A DNA stretch of 50,189 nt from an uncultured Candidatus Saccharibacteria bacterium. Lineage in GTDB: Bacteria; Patescibacteriota; Minisyncoccia; Phycocordibacterales; UBA2100. Location: NCBI GenBank assembly GCA_964419595.1, contig CAYQQI010000001.1, positions 1-50,189 of the forward strand, in the 5' to 3' direction. Every line of letters begins with the position of its first letter. The stretch's first letter is position 1. Positions 33,869-41,843 of the stretch are shown here, piece after piece. The position numbers were made by a program, and so were the translations under genes. The notes beneath the pieces are model-generated. The model had not been told where the DNA came from and did no database searches. It saw nothing but the letters and a program-made list of their open reading frames with translations.

Positions 33869-34669
33869 ATGCATGTCCGATCTACACGACGCTTCGTCTT
33901 TTCCGCATCAGTACTGGCGGTCGGCGTACTGTGCCTGGGGTATGTTGCATGGCCGCATCTCGTTCAATTAGGAGAGCGGGCTATATTCTCGATGTATCCG
34001 GAAGCAGAGCGGGCATATTCATACGGCGAGCGTCATTTCGATGGGAGGTACCCGCGTGCGTACAACATTCGTGTTGCGCACTATTATTTTTCCGAGGCAC
34101 TCAAACTGAACCCGGACATGCCGCTCGTCAAACACCAACTCGCCCGAGTCGCATTTCTGGAAAATAAGCTCTATCTCGCGCTCGAATTGATCAATCAAGA
34201 AATACGGGACAACCCATCTCCGAGTCCGTCCTCCTACTATATACGCGGACTCATTCTGGGCTACCTCGAAGAGTTCGATAGCGCCGCAGAGTCGTATCGC
34301 GTGTACGTGGATTCGGCCCCACCGAACTGGGCAGGGTTCACCGACTATGCGTGGGTGCTCTCGATGGCGGGTCGATACGAAGATACGCTTGACATTACAA
34401 GTAGAGGCTTGATGTATTTTCCCGAGAATCCGTGGCTCTTGAATACCCGTGCAAGCGCGCTCGCGGAGCTCGGACGCTATGAAGAGGCACTCGATGCGGT
34501 GTCGCGCGCCAAGGAATACGCAACCGCTATCACGGAAGAAGCGTGGTCTACGTACTATCCCGGCAATGACCCGCGTATCGCGCAAACCGGCATCAAAACC
34601 TTTCGCGATTCCATCGACTCCAATTTCCACATGATATCGCTTGAAAGGGACAAGCAGGCAAAACAGTAG
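33869..34669 (+). CDS. membrane-anchored TPR-repeat protein (copy 3)
   Basis: KHQLARVAFLENKLYLALELINQEIRDNPS, YYIRGLILGY and FTDYAWVLSMAGRYEDTL align with copies 1 and 2. Confidence 0.75.
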   Translation: MHVRSTRRFVFSASVLAVGVLCLGYVAWPHLVQLGERAIFSMYPEAERAYSYGERHFDGRYPRAYNIRVAHYYFSEALKLNPDMPLVKHQLARVAFLENKLYLALELINQEIRDNPSPSPSSYYIRGLILGYLEEFDSAAESYRVYVDSAPPNWAGFTDYAWVLSMAGRYEDTLDITSRGLMYFPENPWLLNTRASALAELGRYEEALDAVSRAKEYATAITEEAWSTYYPGNDPRIAQTGIKTFRDSIDSNFHMISLERDKQAKQ

Positions 34670-34688
34670 GCTATACTGAAGCGACTAT

Positions 34689-35951
34689 ATGAAGACCATC
34701 CGCAGGAATGCAGGGCATGTGCTTCAGCTCCTCAAACAGCTTCGCGTGTTTCGCGCGCAGCGCGACAACATGTTGGTGGCAATCGGAGTACTGGCGCTCA
34801 TCGGCGCATTTTCGATGAATCCCGCCACCATCAATTCAAGCGAAGCAAAATTCTCGGATACGACGGCGCAGGGGTTCATGATCGTGCCCGCATCGTGTCC
34901 GTCGAATCCCCACAGTGCATCTGAATGTGCAGTTCCGCCGGCTCCCACCGGCTTGCGTATCACGTGTAATGCGGCTGGAACAAGTGCGACGATAAATTAC
35001 AATCCGACGCCGAATGCGACCAGCTATCTCTTTCGTGTCGATAGACAAGATAATCCGTGGCTTCCACTCTTTTGCGACGGTCGCATGAACGATACGAGAC
35101 CCGGGGATATCTGTACTGCACCACTTGCAGTATCCTCGTGGACATTCACGGTCACACCGGACAAGCCGTACGGTATCTGGATGCACGGCGTGAATGCAAA
35201 CGGCAACGGACCGGGTACGGGCATTGCATTTTCCTGTCCGTCGCCGGCAAACCAGTGTCCCAACGGTATGGATATTACGGTGTACCCGACATGTATGTGT
35301 CCGGCCGGAAAGATCCAGGTAGGGATCACGTGCGTTGATCCGCCGATCGTATGTCCGAACGGACTCAACATTTCGCTCTACCCCTCGTGCGTTTGTCCGG
35401 CACCTCAGGTTCAGAGCGGCTCGATCTGTGTTCCGCCTCCTCCCGGTACAGGCGCATATCCTCCGGTAACGCTCTCGTATGTCGAGTCGTATCCGCCGAA
35501 CTCGTGCTGGGATGGCTCATCCCCGGATCCGTCGGACGGCAACTGTCCGCCGTGTCCTTCGGGTTACACCCAAGTCGGCAACACCTGTGTACCGCCGGAT
35601 CTCAACCCGCACTTCGTCGGATTCCCGACAACAAAGGGCTTCAACGCGAGCGGTCACTTGGAAGTGCGCCCGTCGCTCGTGCGCTCCGGCGACAAAACGT
35701 GGGTGTACTGGAATGTATCAAACGTACGCGATTGCACGGTGCGCGGAACGAACGGCGACGGTCAGTCGGGCGGGGTATGGAACGGATTGGGCTCGGGAGC
35801 CGCCGGAGTGGAAACGAGTGCAATCACAAGCCGCACCGAATACACACTCTTCTGCCGCTCACGAGTCGGCGGAACACCTGCTACGATAACAGAGACGCGC
35901 AGCGTCAACGTGATACCGACATGGTACGAACCGTCGGGCCAGCAAGACTAA
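34689..35951 (+). CDS. membrane-anchored or secreted Cys/Pro-rich protein with tandem Cys modules
   Basis: The TM anchor is MLVAIGVLALIGAF. An FN3-like stretch (APTGLRITCNAAGTSATINYNPTPNATSYLFRVD) is followed by the repeated module CPNG..I..YP.C.CPA...Q.G..CV.PP. Confidence 0.7.
   Translation: MKTIRRNAGHVLQLLKQLRVFRAQRDNMLVAIGVLALIGAFSMNPATINSSEAKFSDTTAQGFMIVPASCPSNPHSASECAVPPAPTGLRITCNAAGTSATINYNPTPNATSYLFRVDRQDNPWLPLFCDGRMNDTRPGDICTAPLAVSSWTFTVTPDKPYGIWMHGVNANGNGPGTGIAFSCPSPANQCPNGMDITVYPTCMCPAGKIQVGITCVDPPIVCPNGLNISLYPSCVCPAPQVQSGSICVPPPPGTGAYPPVTLSYVESYPPNSCWDGSSPDPSDGNCPPCPSGYTQVGNTCVPPDLNPHFVGFPTTKGFNASGHLEVRPSLVRSGDKTWVYWNVSNVRDCTVRGTNGDGQSGGVWNGLGSGAAGVETSAITSRTEYTLFCRSRVGGTPATITETRSVNVIPTWYEPSGQQD
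35256..35447 (+). repeat. two tandem 96-nt (32-aa) Cys-module repeats inside CDS 34689..35951
   Basis: The repeats are CPNGMDITVYPTCMCPAGKIQVGITCVDPPIV and CPNGLNISLYPSCVCPAPQVQSGSICVPPPPG. A third degenerate unit (CPPCPSGYTQVGNTCVPPD) lies downstream. Confidence 0.6.
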
Positions 35952-35954
35952 CAT

Positions 35955-36383
35955 ATGATCACTTCAATTAAGTTCGCGGCAGTAGTAGCCCTCGTGGTAC
36001 TCCCGTTCACCGTTGGCGCTCAGTCGGTCGGACTCACAGAGGCGATACGCGCGGAGATATTGAAAGACCCGCGCTCAGCTTCTATCCCCACACCGCAGGT
36101 GGATGCGATGGTCGCCTCACTTGCCCAGGCCGCAGCACAGCAGGGAGTGACCGAGTCCGACATAACCTGGCGACCGGCTGTGGCCGATACGGGTACCTCC
36201 GGGGAGTGCGGCTTTTTCTGCTCCATCAATGAAATCTTCGGTTTCGGCGGTAACGACTACACCATTCCGCTCGGGCTCGGTATAACCTCGGCCCTCCTTA
36301 TATTGTTCATCAGCATGATGCTACATCGGCACCACAAACACGGTATCGACCCGACCGTCGAGGCTATCCATACGCACTCCTGA
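35955..36383 (+). CDS. hypothetical exported protein with a C-terminal TM anchor
   Basis: The signal peptide is MITSIKFAAVVALVVLPFTVGAQS. The C-terminal helix is GLGITSALLILFISMML, followed by HRHHKH. Confidence 0.6.
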   Translation: MITSIKFAAVVALVVLPFTVGAQSVGLTEAIRAEILKDPRSASIPTPQVDAMVASLAQAAAQQGVTESDITWRPAVADTGTSGECGFFCSINEIFGFGGNDYTIPLGLGITSALLILFISMMLHRHHKHGIDPTVEAIHTHS

Positions 36384-36412
36384 CCACTGATCCGGGCGTG
36401 TGACCTTTGCAA

Positions 36413-36441
36413 TTTGCCTTTTGCTTTTGCTTCTGTATACT
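36413..36441 (+). promoter_or_regulatory. candidate promoter for the rplC operon (TTTGCC-17-TATACT)
   Basis: The hexamers have 17-nt spacing and lie about 80 nt upstream of the rplC ATG. The -35 is weak. Confidence 0.3.
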
Positions 36442-36487
36442 GCCTCAACCCAAGTCCGCATATGGACCAATGGCAGGCACCGAGTGG

Positions 36488-36514
36488 GGCCCGCTATGGC
36501 GGGTCAATTTTTTT
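36488..36514 (+). promoter_or_regulatory. leader hairpin plus T7 run upstream of rplC (candidate attenuator)
   Basis: The sequence is GGCCCGC-tatg-GCGGGTC followed by AATTTTTTT. It ends 8 nt before the rplC ATG. Confidence 0.3.
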
Positions 36515-36521
36515 GAAAACT

Positions 36522-37142
36522 ATGGCTGGTAAATTCATGCTCGGAACCAAGGGCAAAATGACACAGGTCTTCGACGAGAAGGGTGTTGTTTCTGCTGCAA
36601 CGGTGGTAAATGCAGGTCCGATGACCGTCACCCAGGTAAAGGGTAAGGAGAAAGACGGCTACGATGCCGTGCAGCTCGGCATGGGCACCCGTGCAGCAAA
36701 GAACCTCGGAAAGGCGGTCGTGGGCCACTTGAAGGATCTCCCGCAGGCTCGTTTTATTCGTGAGAACCGACAGGAAGCAGGAGAAATGAAGCGCGGCGAT
36801 ACTATCGACCTCTCCATCTTTACTCCCGGTGATATTGTGGAGGTTTCTGCCATTTCCAAAGGTAAGGGTTTCCAGGGAGTGGTGAAGCGACACGGATTCT
36901 CCGGCGGTCCTCGCTCACACGGACAGAAGAACAAAGAACGAGCACCGGGCTCTATCGGCGGAGGCGGTCGTGCAGGCGGACGAGTGGTAAAGGGTATGCG
37001 CATGGCCGGACGCATGGGCGGCGATCGCGTTACCGTAACGAATCTGCGCGTATTGCAGGTAGACGTAGCAAACAATCAGATCCTCATTTCAGGTGCGGTT
37101 CCCGGACGACCGGGCACACTTGTCGAAATACGTTCAAAGTAA
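36522..37142 (+). CDS. rplC: 50S ribosomal protein L3 (uL3)
   Basis: Trimmed to MAGKFMLGTKGKMTQVFDEKG. ...KGKGFQGVVKRHGFSGGPRSHG... is a canonical L3 motif. Confidence 0.97.
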   Translation: MAGKFMLGTKGKMTQVFDEKGVVSAATVVNAGPMTVTQVKGKEKDGYDAVQLGMGTRAAKNLGKAVVGHLKDLPQARFIRENRQEAGEMKRGDTIDLSIFTPGDIVEVSAISKGKGFQGVVKRHGFSGGPRSHGQKNKERAPGSIGGGGRAGGRVVKGMRMAGRMGGDRVTVTNLRVLQVDVANNQILISGAVPGRPGTLVEIRSK

Positions 37143-37152
37143 ATATTTCTAT

Positions 37153-37848
37153 ATGAAAACAGACATTTTCGACATCAAAGGGAAGAAAGCGGGAACCGTT
37201 GAGCTCCCGGAGAACGTATTCGACCTCCCATGGAACGCCGCACTCATGCACCAGGTGGTTGTTTCGATGCAGGCAAATGCACGCACGAACGTGGCACACA
37301 CAAAGACCCGCGGCGAAGTACGCGGCGGCGGTAAAAAGCCATGGCAGCAAAAGGGAACAGGCCGCGCTCGTCACGGCTCATCGCGCTCTCCGATCTGGAA
37401 AGGCGGCGGTGTAACCCACGGTCCTCGCAACGAAAAGGTATTCGGTCGCGAGATACCGAAGAAAATGCGCGCAAAGGCACTCTTTGTTGCACTCTCAGAG
37501 AAATTGCGAAACGGTGAACTTTTGTTCGTGGACTCATTCGGCTTCTCGGCTCCGAAAACTTCGGATGCAAAGAAGGCACTCGTCGCACTCTCTTCTGTGA
37601 AGGGATTTGAAAAGCTCTCGGGCACCAAAAAGCAGAATCTTGCACTCATTGCCTCACCCGAGAAGTCGGTTGCCGCATCGAAGAGCTTCCGGAACATCGG
37701 TTCGGTCTCGTTCGAGAATGTAACGAATCTCAATCCGGTAAATGTGCTCAAGTACAAGTACATCGTAATTGAGAACCCTGAAACGTCGGTCGCTTCTATC
37801 GCAAAACGCCTCACTGTTTCTAAGAAGGAAACCAAATCAGACAAATAA
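37153..37848 (+). CDS. rplD: 50S ribosomal protein L4 (uL4)
   Basis: Trimmed to MKTDIFDIKGKK. KTRGEVRGGGKKPWQQKGTGRARHGSSRSPIWKGGGVTHGP is present. Confidence 0.97.
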   Translation: MKTDIFDIKGKKAGTVELPENVFDLPWNAALMHQVVVSMQANARTNVAHTKTRGEVRGGGKKPWQQKGTGRARHGSSRSPIWKGGGVTHGPRNEKVFGREIPKKMRAKALFVALSEKLRNGELLFVDSFGFSAPKTSDAKKALVALSSVKGFEKLSGTKKQNLALIASPEKSVAASKSFRNIGSVSFENVTNLNPVNVLKYKYIVIENPETSVASIAKRLTVSKKETKSDK

Positions 37849-37857
37849 TAATCGCGT

Positions 37858-38223
37858 ATGGCACTCTTCGGAACAAAAAAGAATACTAAAAAAACTGAGG
37901 CATCGGCTACAAAGTCCGACTCAGCTTCGATTTCGACCGGTCAGCGAGACCTCGCGCACGTGCTCCGGCATGCTCGTATCACTGAGAAGGCAACGATGCA
38001 CCGGGATACAAAGGTATACACCTTCGACATCGCGGAGCGCGCCACGAAACGCGATGTTATCCGCGCAGTCTTCCAGCTCTACAAGGTTACACCGCGCATG
38101 ATCCGAATCGTCTCTATCCCGATGAAATCCGTTCGCCACGCACGCACGGGAAAAACCGGCATGAAGGGCGGCGGCAAGAAGGCCTACGTGTACCTCAAGC
38201 AGAGCGACAGCATCACATTCTAG
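37858..38223 (+). CDS. rplW: 50S ribosomal protein L23 (uL23)
   Basis: ITEKAT...YTFDIAERATKRDVIRAVFQLYKVTP is present, and the gene sits between L4 and L2. It has an N-terminal extension. Confidence 0.93.
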   Translation: MALFGTKKNTKKTEASATKSDSASISTGQRDLAHVLRHARITEKATMHRDTKVYTFDIAERATKRDVIRAVFQLYKVTPRMIRIVSIPMKSVRHARTGKTGMKGGGKKAYVYLKQSDSITF

Positions 38224-38227
38224 TTAT

Positions 38228-39070
38228 ATGAAACACCTAAAACCGGTCACACCAGGAACGCGCGGCATGACGCGCATCGAGTACAAGAAGCTCCTTTCCG
38301 GCCACAAGCCGACGAAATCGCTCTTGAAGGGTAAGCGCTCGACCGGCGGCCGCAACTCGTTCGGTCGTATCACCACACGCCATCATGGCGGTGGTCACAA
38401 GCGCAAGTATCGCAATGTGGACTTTGTATTTGATAAGCAGAACATCGAAGCGACAATCAAAACCATCGAATACGATCCGAACCGCTCAGCATTCATCGGT
38501 CTTGCGGTATATCGCGACGGCGAGAAGCGCTACGTGGTGCTCCCGAAGACCATGAAGGTAGGCGATGTGTTCATCGTCTCTGAAACTGCACCGATGAAGA
38601 CCGGGAATCGCCTGCCCTTGGGCAACATGCCGGTGGGTACGTTCGTCTACAACGTATCAATTCAGCCGGGTATGAAAGCGGCCATCGCACGCTCTGCAGG
38701 AAATTACGCGGAAGTGGTGGCGCAGGATGCCGGCTACACGCACCTCAAAATGCCTTCGACCGAAGTGCGCCGCATTATCTCCACTGCATGGGCATGCGTG
38801 GGCGAAGTATCGAACGACGAACATCGCCTCGTCGTCATCGGTAAAGCAGGACGCTCGCGCTGGATGGGCATTCGCCCGACGGTCCGCGGAACGGTCATGA
38901 ACCCGGTGGATCATCCGCACGGAGGCGGAGAAGGCAAGCAGGGTCGCGGTCACCGACGTCAGCGCACGATGTGGGGCAAGCCGTCCGGCAAGGGCCAAAA
39001 GACCCGCCGACCGAAGAAGTACAGCAATGTCTTTGTTGTTACGCGACGTAAAGTTGGAAAGCGAAAGTAA
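38228..39070 (+). CDS. rplB: 50S ribosomal protein L2 (uL2)
   Basis: GRNSFGRITTRHHGGGHKRKYR and MNPVDHPHGGGEGK are present. Confidence 0.98.
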   Translation: MKHLKPVTPGTRGMTRIEYKKLLSGHKPTKSLLKGKRSTGGRNSFGRITTRHHGGGHKRKYRNVDFVFDKQNIEATIKTIEYDPNRSAFIGLAVYRDGEKRYVVLPKTMKVGDVFIVSETAPMKTGNRLPLGNMPVGTFVYNVSIQPGMKAAIARSAGNYAEVVAQDAGYTHLKMPSTEVRRIISTAWACVGEVSNDEHRLVVIGKAGRSRWMGIRPTVRGTVMNPVDHPHGGGEGKQGRGHRRQRTMWGKPSGKGQKTRRPKKYSNVFVVTRRKVGKRK

Positions 39071-39078
39071 CATCAAAA

Positions 39079-39114
39079 CAAAAAGCCCCGGGAATTGCCC
39101 GGGGCTTTTTCGTT
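39079..39114. terminator. bidirectional intrinsic terminator inside the r-protein cluster
   Basis: The sequence is AAAAA-AGCCCCGGG-aattg-CCCGGGGCT-TTTT. It lies between the rplB stop (+) and the stop of a minus-strand small ORF (39152). Confidence 0.8.
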
Positions 39115-39151
39115 TCGAGTGTCCGCATAGTTTGATAGCAGCGCCGTCGTT

Positions 39152-39325
39152 TCAAAACGTTTCGTCTTCGGCGGCCTCTCGCATCAACTCCGATAGGGAG
39201 CGCTCTCGGGGCGGCGGCAAACGGCCGCCCTGTGCCGCATGAATCAGCTCATCGGCCGCTTCCATGACGCGCTCTGCTGCAGGGCCGAGCTTTGGTGGTT
39301 CAACGTATTCTCCGCGCTTGCGCAT
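39152..39325 (-). CDS. hypothetical small protein (57 aa), second gene of an antisense two-ORF cassette
   Basis: Not in the ORF track (<60 aa). AAGGAGG plus 6 nt precedes the ATG at 39325. It reads MRKRGEYVEPPKLGPAAERVMEAADELIHAAQGGRLPPPRERSLSELMREAAEDETF*. Confidence 0.5.
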   Translation of the reverse strand: MRKRGEYVEPPKLGPAAERVMEAADELIHAAQGGRLPPPRERSLSELMREAAEDETF

Positions 39326-39336
39326 GCGATGCCTCC

Positions 39337-39540
39337 TTAGCTCGTCTCGTCGTCACCGTGTCTCGGTTCCGACAGAGACGTGATCTTGCTCCTGTGGCGC
39401 AGATATTCCGGACGTGCTCCCAGGGCATTGCGATTCCGGGGCGGCTTTCCGAGTAACTTACCCACCGACTTCGTTGCATCGGCGAGTGCGGTGCTCGCAA
39501 CATCAACGTCGCGGCAGAGATCTTTCCAATTGGCGGGCAT
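39337..39540 (-). CDS. hypothetical small protein (67 aa), first gene of an antisense two-ORF cassette
   Basis: Trimmed from ORF 39337..39819. GGAGGA plus 8 nt precedes the ATG at 39540. It reads MPANWKDLCRDVDVASTALADATKSVGKLLGKPPRNRNALGARPEYLRHRSKITSLSEPRHGDDETS*. Confidence 0.5.
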   Translation of the reverse strand: MPANWKDLCRDVDVASTALADATKSVGKLLGKPPRNRNALGARPEYLRHRSKITSLSEPRHGDDETS

Positions 39541-39630
39541 GATTACCGTCCTCCGAGGCTCTTGTTCAGCCCCTATAAGACCACAAATAAAAACATCCGC
39601 AACACGACCTCCGATTTTTGGCGAAAACAG

Positions 39631-39659
39631 TTGACATTCGGACCCACTTCGTTTAAATT
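39631..39659 (+). promoter_or_regulatory. sigma70-like promoter TTGACA-17-TAAATT restarting transcription at rpsS
   Basis: It has a consensus -35, 17-nt spacing and a good -10. It lies 51 nt upstream of the rpsS ATG. Confidence 0.6.
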
Positions 39660-39709
39660 GCACGGACTCCCGCAAGACGCGGGTTTTCAATTGACTCAAT
39701 AAAACATAT

Positions 39710-40048
39710 ATGCGAAGCGCCAAAAAAGGTCCGTATGTCGACGAGAAGCTCCTCAAAAAGGTGTCAGCTCGCAAGCCGAATGCCGGCTCTATTAAGACAT
39801 GGGCACGCGCAAGCTCCATCGCCCCTGAATTCGTAGGCTACACCTTTGCGGTTCACACCGGAAAGAACTTCGACGAGGTTTTCGTGTCCGAAGACATGGT
39901 GGGCCACAAGCTCGGTGAATTCGCTCCCACAACCCGCTTCGTACGACACGGCGGTAAGATGCAGAAGGAAGCAGAAATGGCGGCGAAGCAGCAGGAAATT
40001 GCAACTGCGCAAGCCGCTAAGGCGGCAACAACCGCAGCAAAGAAATAA
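39710..40048 (+). CDS. rpsS: 30S ribosomal protein S19 (uS19) with an Ala/Lys-rich C-terminal extension
   Basis: [14 protein letters not shown]...[27 protein letters not shown]...[13 protein letters not shown]-like core is present. Confidence 0.97.
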   Translation: MRSAKKGPYVDEKLLKKVSARKPNAGSIKTWARASSIAPEFVGYTFAVHTGKNFDEVFVSEDMVGHKLGEFAPTTRFVRHGGKMQKEAEMAAKQQEIATAQAAKAATTAAKK

Positions 40049-40051
40049 TAT

Positions 40052-40507
40052 TTGTATATGAAGGCGCTGCTCAAGAACTACAATCAGTCACCGCGCAAGG
40101 TGCGCCTCGTAGCGGATCTCATCCGCGGTAAGTCTGTGGGCGCTGCTCGTCAGGCGCTGACCTACCTCCCGAAAAAGTCTTCACCGGCAATGTTGAAGCT
40201 TTTAAACTCTGCAGTATCGAATGCGGTACAAAACAACGGGCAGGACGTGGAGAGCCTGTTTGTTAAGGCCATCGCGGTGAACAAGGGCCAGGTAATGCGC
40301 CGTTTTATGCCGAAGGCCCGCGGACGCGCAGCACGTTATGCAAAGACTTTCTCTATCGTCACCTTGGAGCTGGGCTCAAAGAATACGGCACCTGCAGTAC
40401 CGGCAAAGTCCGCATCCGCCAAGGCTTCGAAGGATACGGCTGCGCCTAAAGGTAAGAAGGCTGTAGCAAAAAAGACAGCGAAGAAAGCCGTAAAGAAAGC
40501 TGAATAA
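40052..40507 (+). CDS. rplV: 50S ribosomal protein L22 (uL22) with a Lys/Ala-rich C-terminal tail
   Basis: SPRKVRLVADLIRGKSVGAARQALTYLPKK...RFMPKARGRAARYAKTFSIVTLEL is present. Confidence 0.96.
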   Translation: MYMKALLKNYNQSPRKVRLVADLIRGKSVGAARQALTYLPKKSSPAMLKLLNSAVSNAVQNNGQDVESLFVKAIAVNKGQVMRRFMPKARGRAARYAKTFSIVTLELGSKNTAPAVPAKSASAKASKDTAAPKGKKAVAKKTAKKAVKKAE

Positions 40508-40512
40508 TTTTT

Positions 40513-41187
40513 ATGACACACACAGTACATCCATACGCACATCGCCTCGGCATCATTCGTGACTGGAAGTCGCGCTGGTTTGCAAAGACTCCGGCGGAAT
40601 ATCGCACCAACGTGATGATCGACGCGACCGTTCGACGCTTTCTCACCAAGCGCCTGCGCGGTATGTATGTCACCTCGGTAGAAATTGAACGTGCACAGAA
40701 CACCATCCGAATCTTGGTGAAAACGTCACGCCCGGGCCTCGTTATCGGTCGCGGCGGAGAGGGAAGTCAGAAGCTCGTGAAAGAGATCGAAAAAGTTGTC
40801 GGCACCGTGAAGGGCGCTCCGAAAGGAAAGGGCCTCGTGCGCCTCGACATCGAAGAAGTTCGCTCACCTGAATCGCAGGCACCGGTTGTGGCCTACATGG
40901 TCGCCGAAGGCTTAGAGAAGCGCCAGACGTTCCGTCGTGTGCTCAAGCAGACGGTAGAGAAGGTAATGGCGAACCGCGACGTGCAGGGTGTGCGCATCGG
41001 CATCTCGGGCCGCTTGGGCGGAGCAGAAATGAGCCGTTCAGAGGAAATTAAGCGCGGACGCGTACCATTGCAGACACTGCGCGCAGACATCGACTTTGCG
41101 AAGGAAAAGGCCTACCTCCCGTACGGTGTTATCGGCGTGAAGGTATGGATCTACCGCGGAGAGATCTTCGACAAAAAAGACCAGTAA
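40513..41187 (+). CDS. rpsC: 30S ribosomal protein S3 (uS3)
   Basis: HPYAHRLGIIRDWKSRWFA is present, together with a KH domain and GISGRLGGAEMSRSE. Confidence 0.97.
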   Translation: MTHTVHPYAHRLGIIRDWKSRWFAKTPAEYRTNVMIDATVRRFLTKRLRGMYVTSVEIERAQNTIRILVKTSRPGLVIGRGGEGSQKLVKEIEKVVGTVKGAPKGKGLVRLDIEEVRSPESQAPVVAYMVAEGLEKRQTFRRVLKQTVEKVMANRDVQGVRIGISGRLGGAEMSRSEEIKRGRVPLQTLRADIDFAKEKAYLPYGVIGVKVWIYRGEIFDKKDQ

Positions 41188-41206
41188 GCAGGATAAGTAA
41201 ATCATT

Positions 41207-41629
41207 ATGTTGGCACCTAAAAAAGTAAAACACCGAAAGTGGCAGAATGGCCGCCGCCGAGGCGATCGTCGTGTTGCACCGGATACCCGCGGCATTACCG
41301 TGGCGTTCGGTTCGTTTGGCCTCAAGGCCATGAGCCAGCACCGCGTTACCTCGAATCAGATCGAAGCGGCTCGCCGTGCGCTTTCTAAAGCTGCAGGAAA
41401 GTCGGCAAAGATCTGGGTGCGCATTTTCCCCGACCGACCGTTCACGAAGAAGCCGGCGGAAGTACGCATGGGTTCCGGTAAGGGTGACTTGGCGGGATAC
41501 GTGTTTGACGTACGACCGGGCCGCGTATTGTTCGAGATCGACGGCGCACCGGAGGCAATGGCACGTGAGGCGCTTCGCAAGGCAGGTACGAAACTCCCGG
41601 TAAAGGTACGCATCGTTGCACGAGCATAA
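41207..41629 (+). CDS. rplP: 50S ribosomal protein L16 (uL16)
   Basis: MLAPKKVKHRKWQNGRRRG...IEAARRAL...RMGSGKG are present. Confidence 0.97.
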   Translation: MLAPKKVKHRKWQNGRRRGDRRVAPDTRGITVAFGSFGLKAMSQHRVTSNQIEAARRALSKAAGKSAKIWVRIFPDRPFTKKPAEVRMGSGKGDLAGYVFDVRPGRVLFEIDGAPEAMAREALRKAGTKLPVKVRIVARA

Positions 41630-41639
41630 ATATTGATAT

Positions 41640-41837
41640 ATGGCTGAAATGAAAACTTGGACACTAGAAGACTTGCAGAAAGAGATCGCGACGAAGCGCG
41701 AGGCGCTTCGCACGTTCCGATTCGGTGAGGCAGGTACCCGCACACGCAATGTGCGCGAGGGTCGCACACTCCGCAAAGAGATCGCTCGTTTGCTCACAGA
41801 GATGAATTCGCGTAAGGTGGCCGAGACAAACAAATAA
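41640..41837 (+). CDS. rpmC: 50S ribosomal protein L29 (uL29)
   Basis: It is a 65-aa helical protein (LEDLQKEIATKREALRTFRF) positioned between L16 and S17. Confidence 0.9.
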   Translation: MAEMKTWTLEDLQKEIATKREALRTFRFGEAGTRTRNVREGRTLRKEIARLLTEMNSRKVAETNK

Positions 41838-41843
41838 ACAGGT

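Noticed and set aside
35351-35971. 206-aa plus-strand ORF in an alternate frame
   Set aside because: It lies within the Cys/Pro-rich gene 34689..35951, whose frame shows tandem Cys-module repeats and a signal anchor.
5460-36521. Island as a mobile genetic element (integrase, transposase, att repeats, tRNA target)
   Set aside because: I found no integrase, transposase or recombinase-like ORF. There is no tRNA gene and no obvious direct repeats at the two borders. The initiation contexts resemble the core genes. A mobile-element call is not supported.
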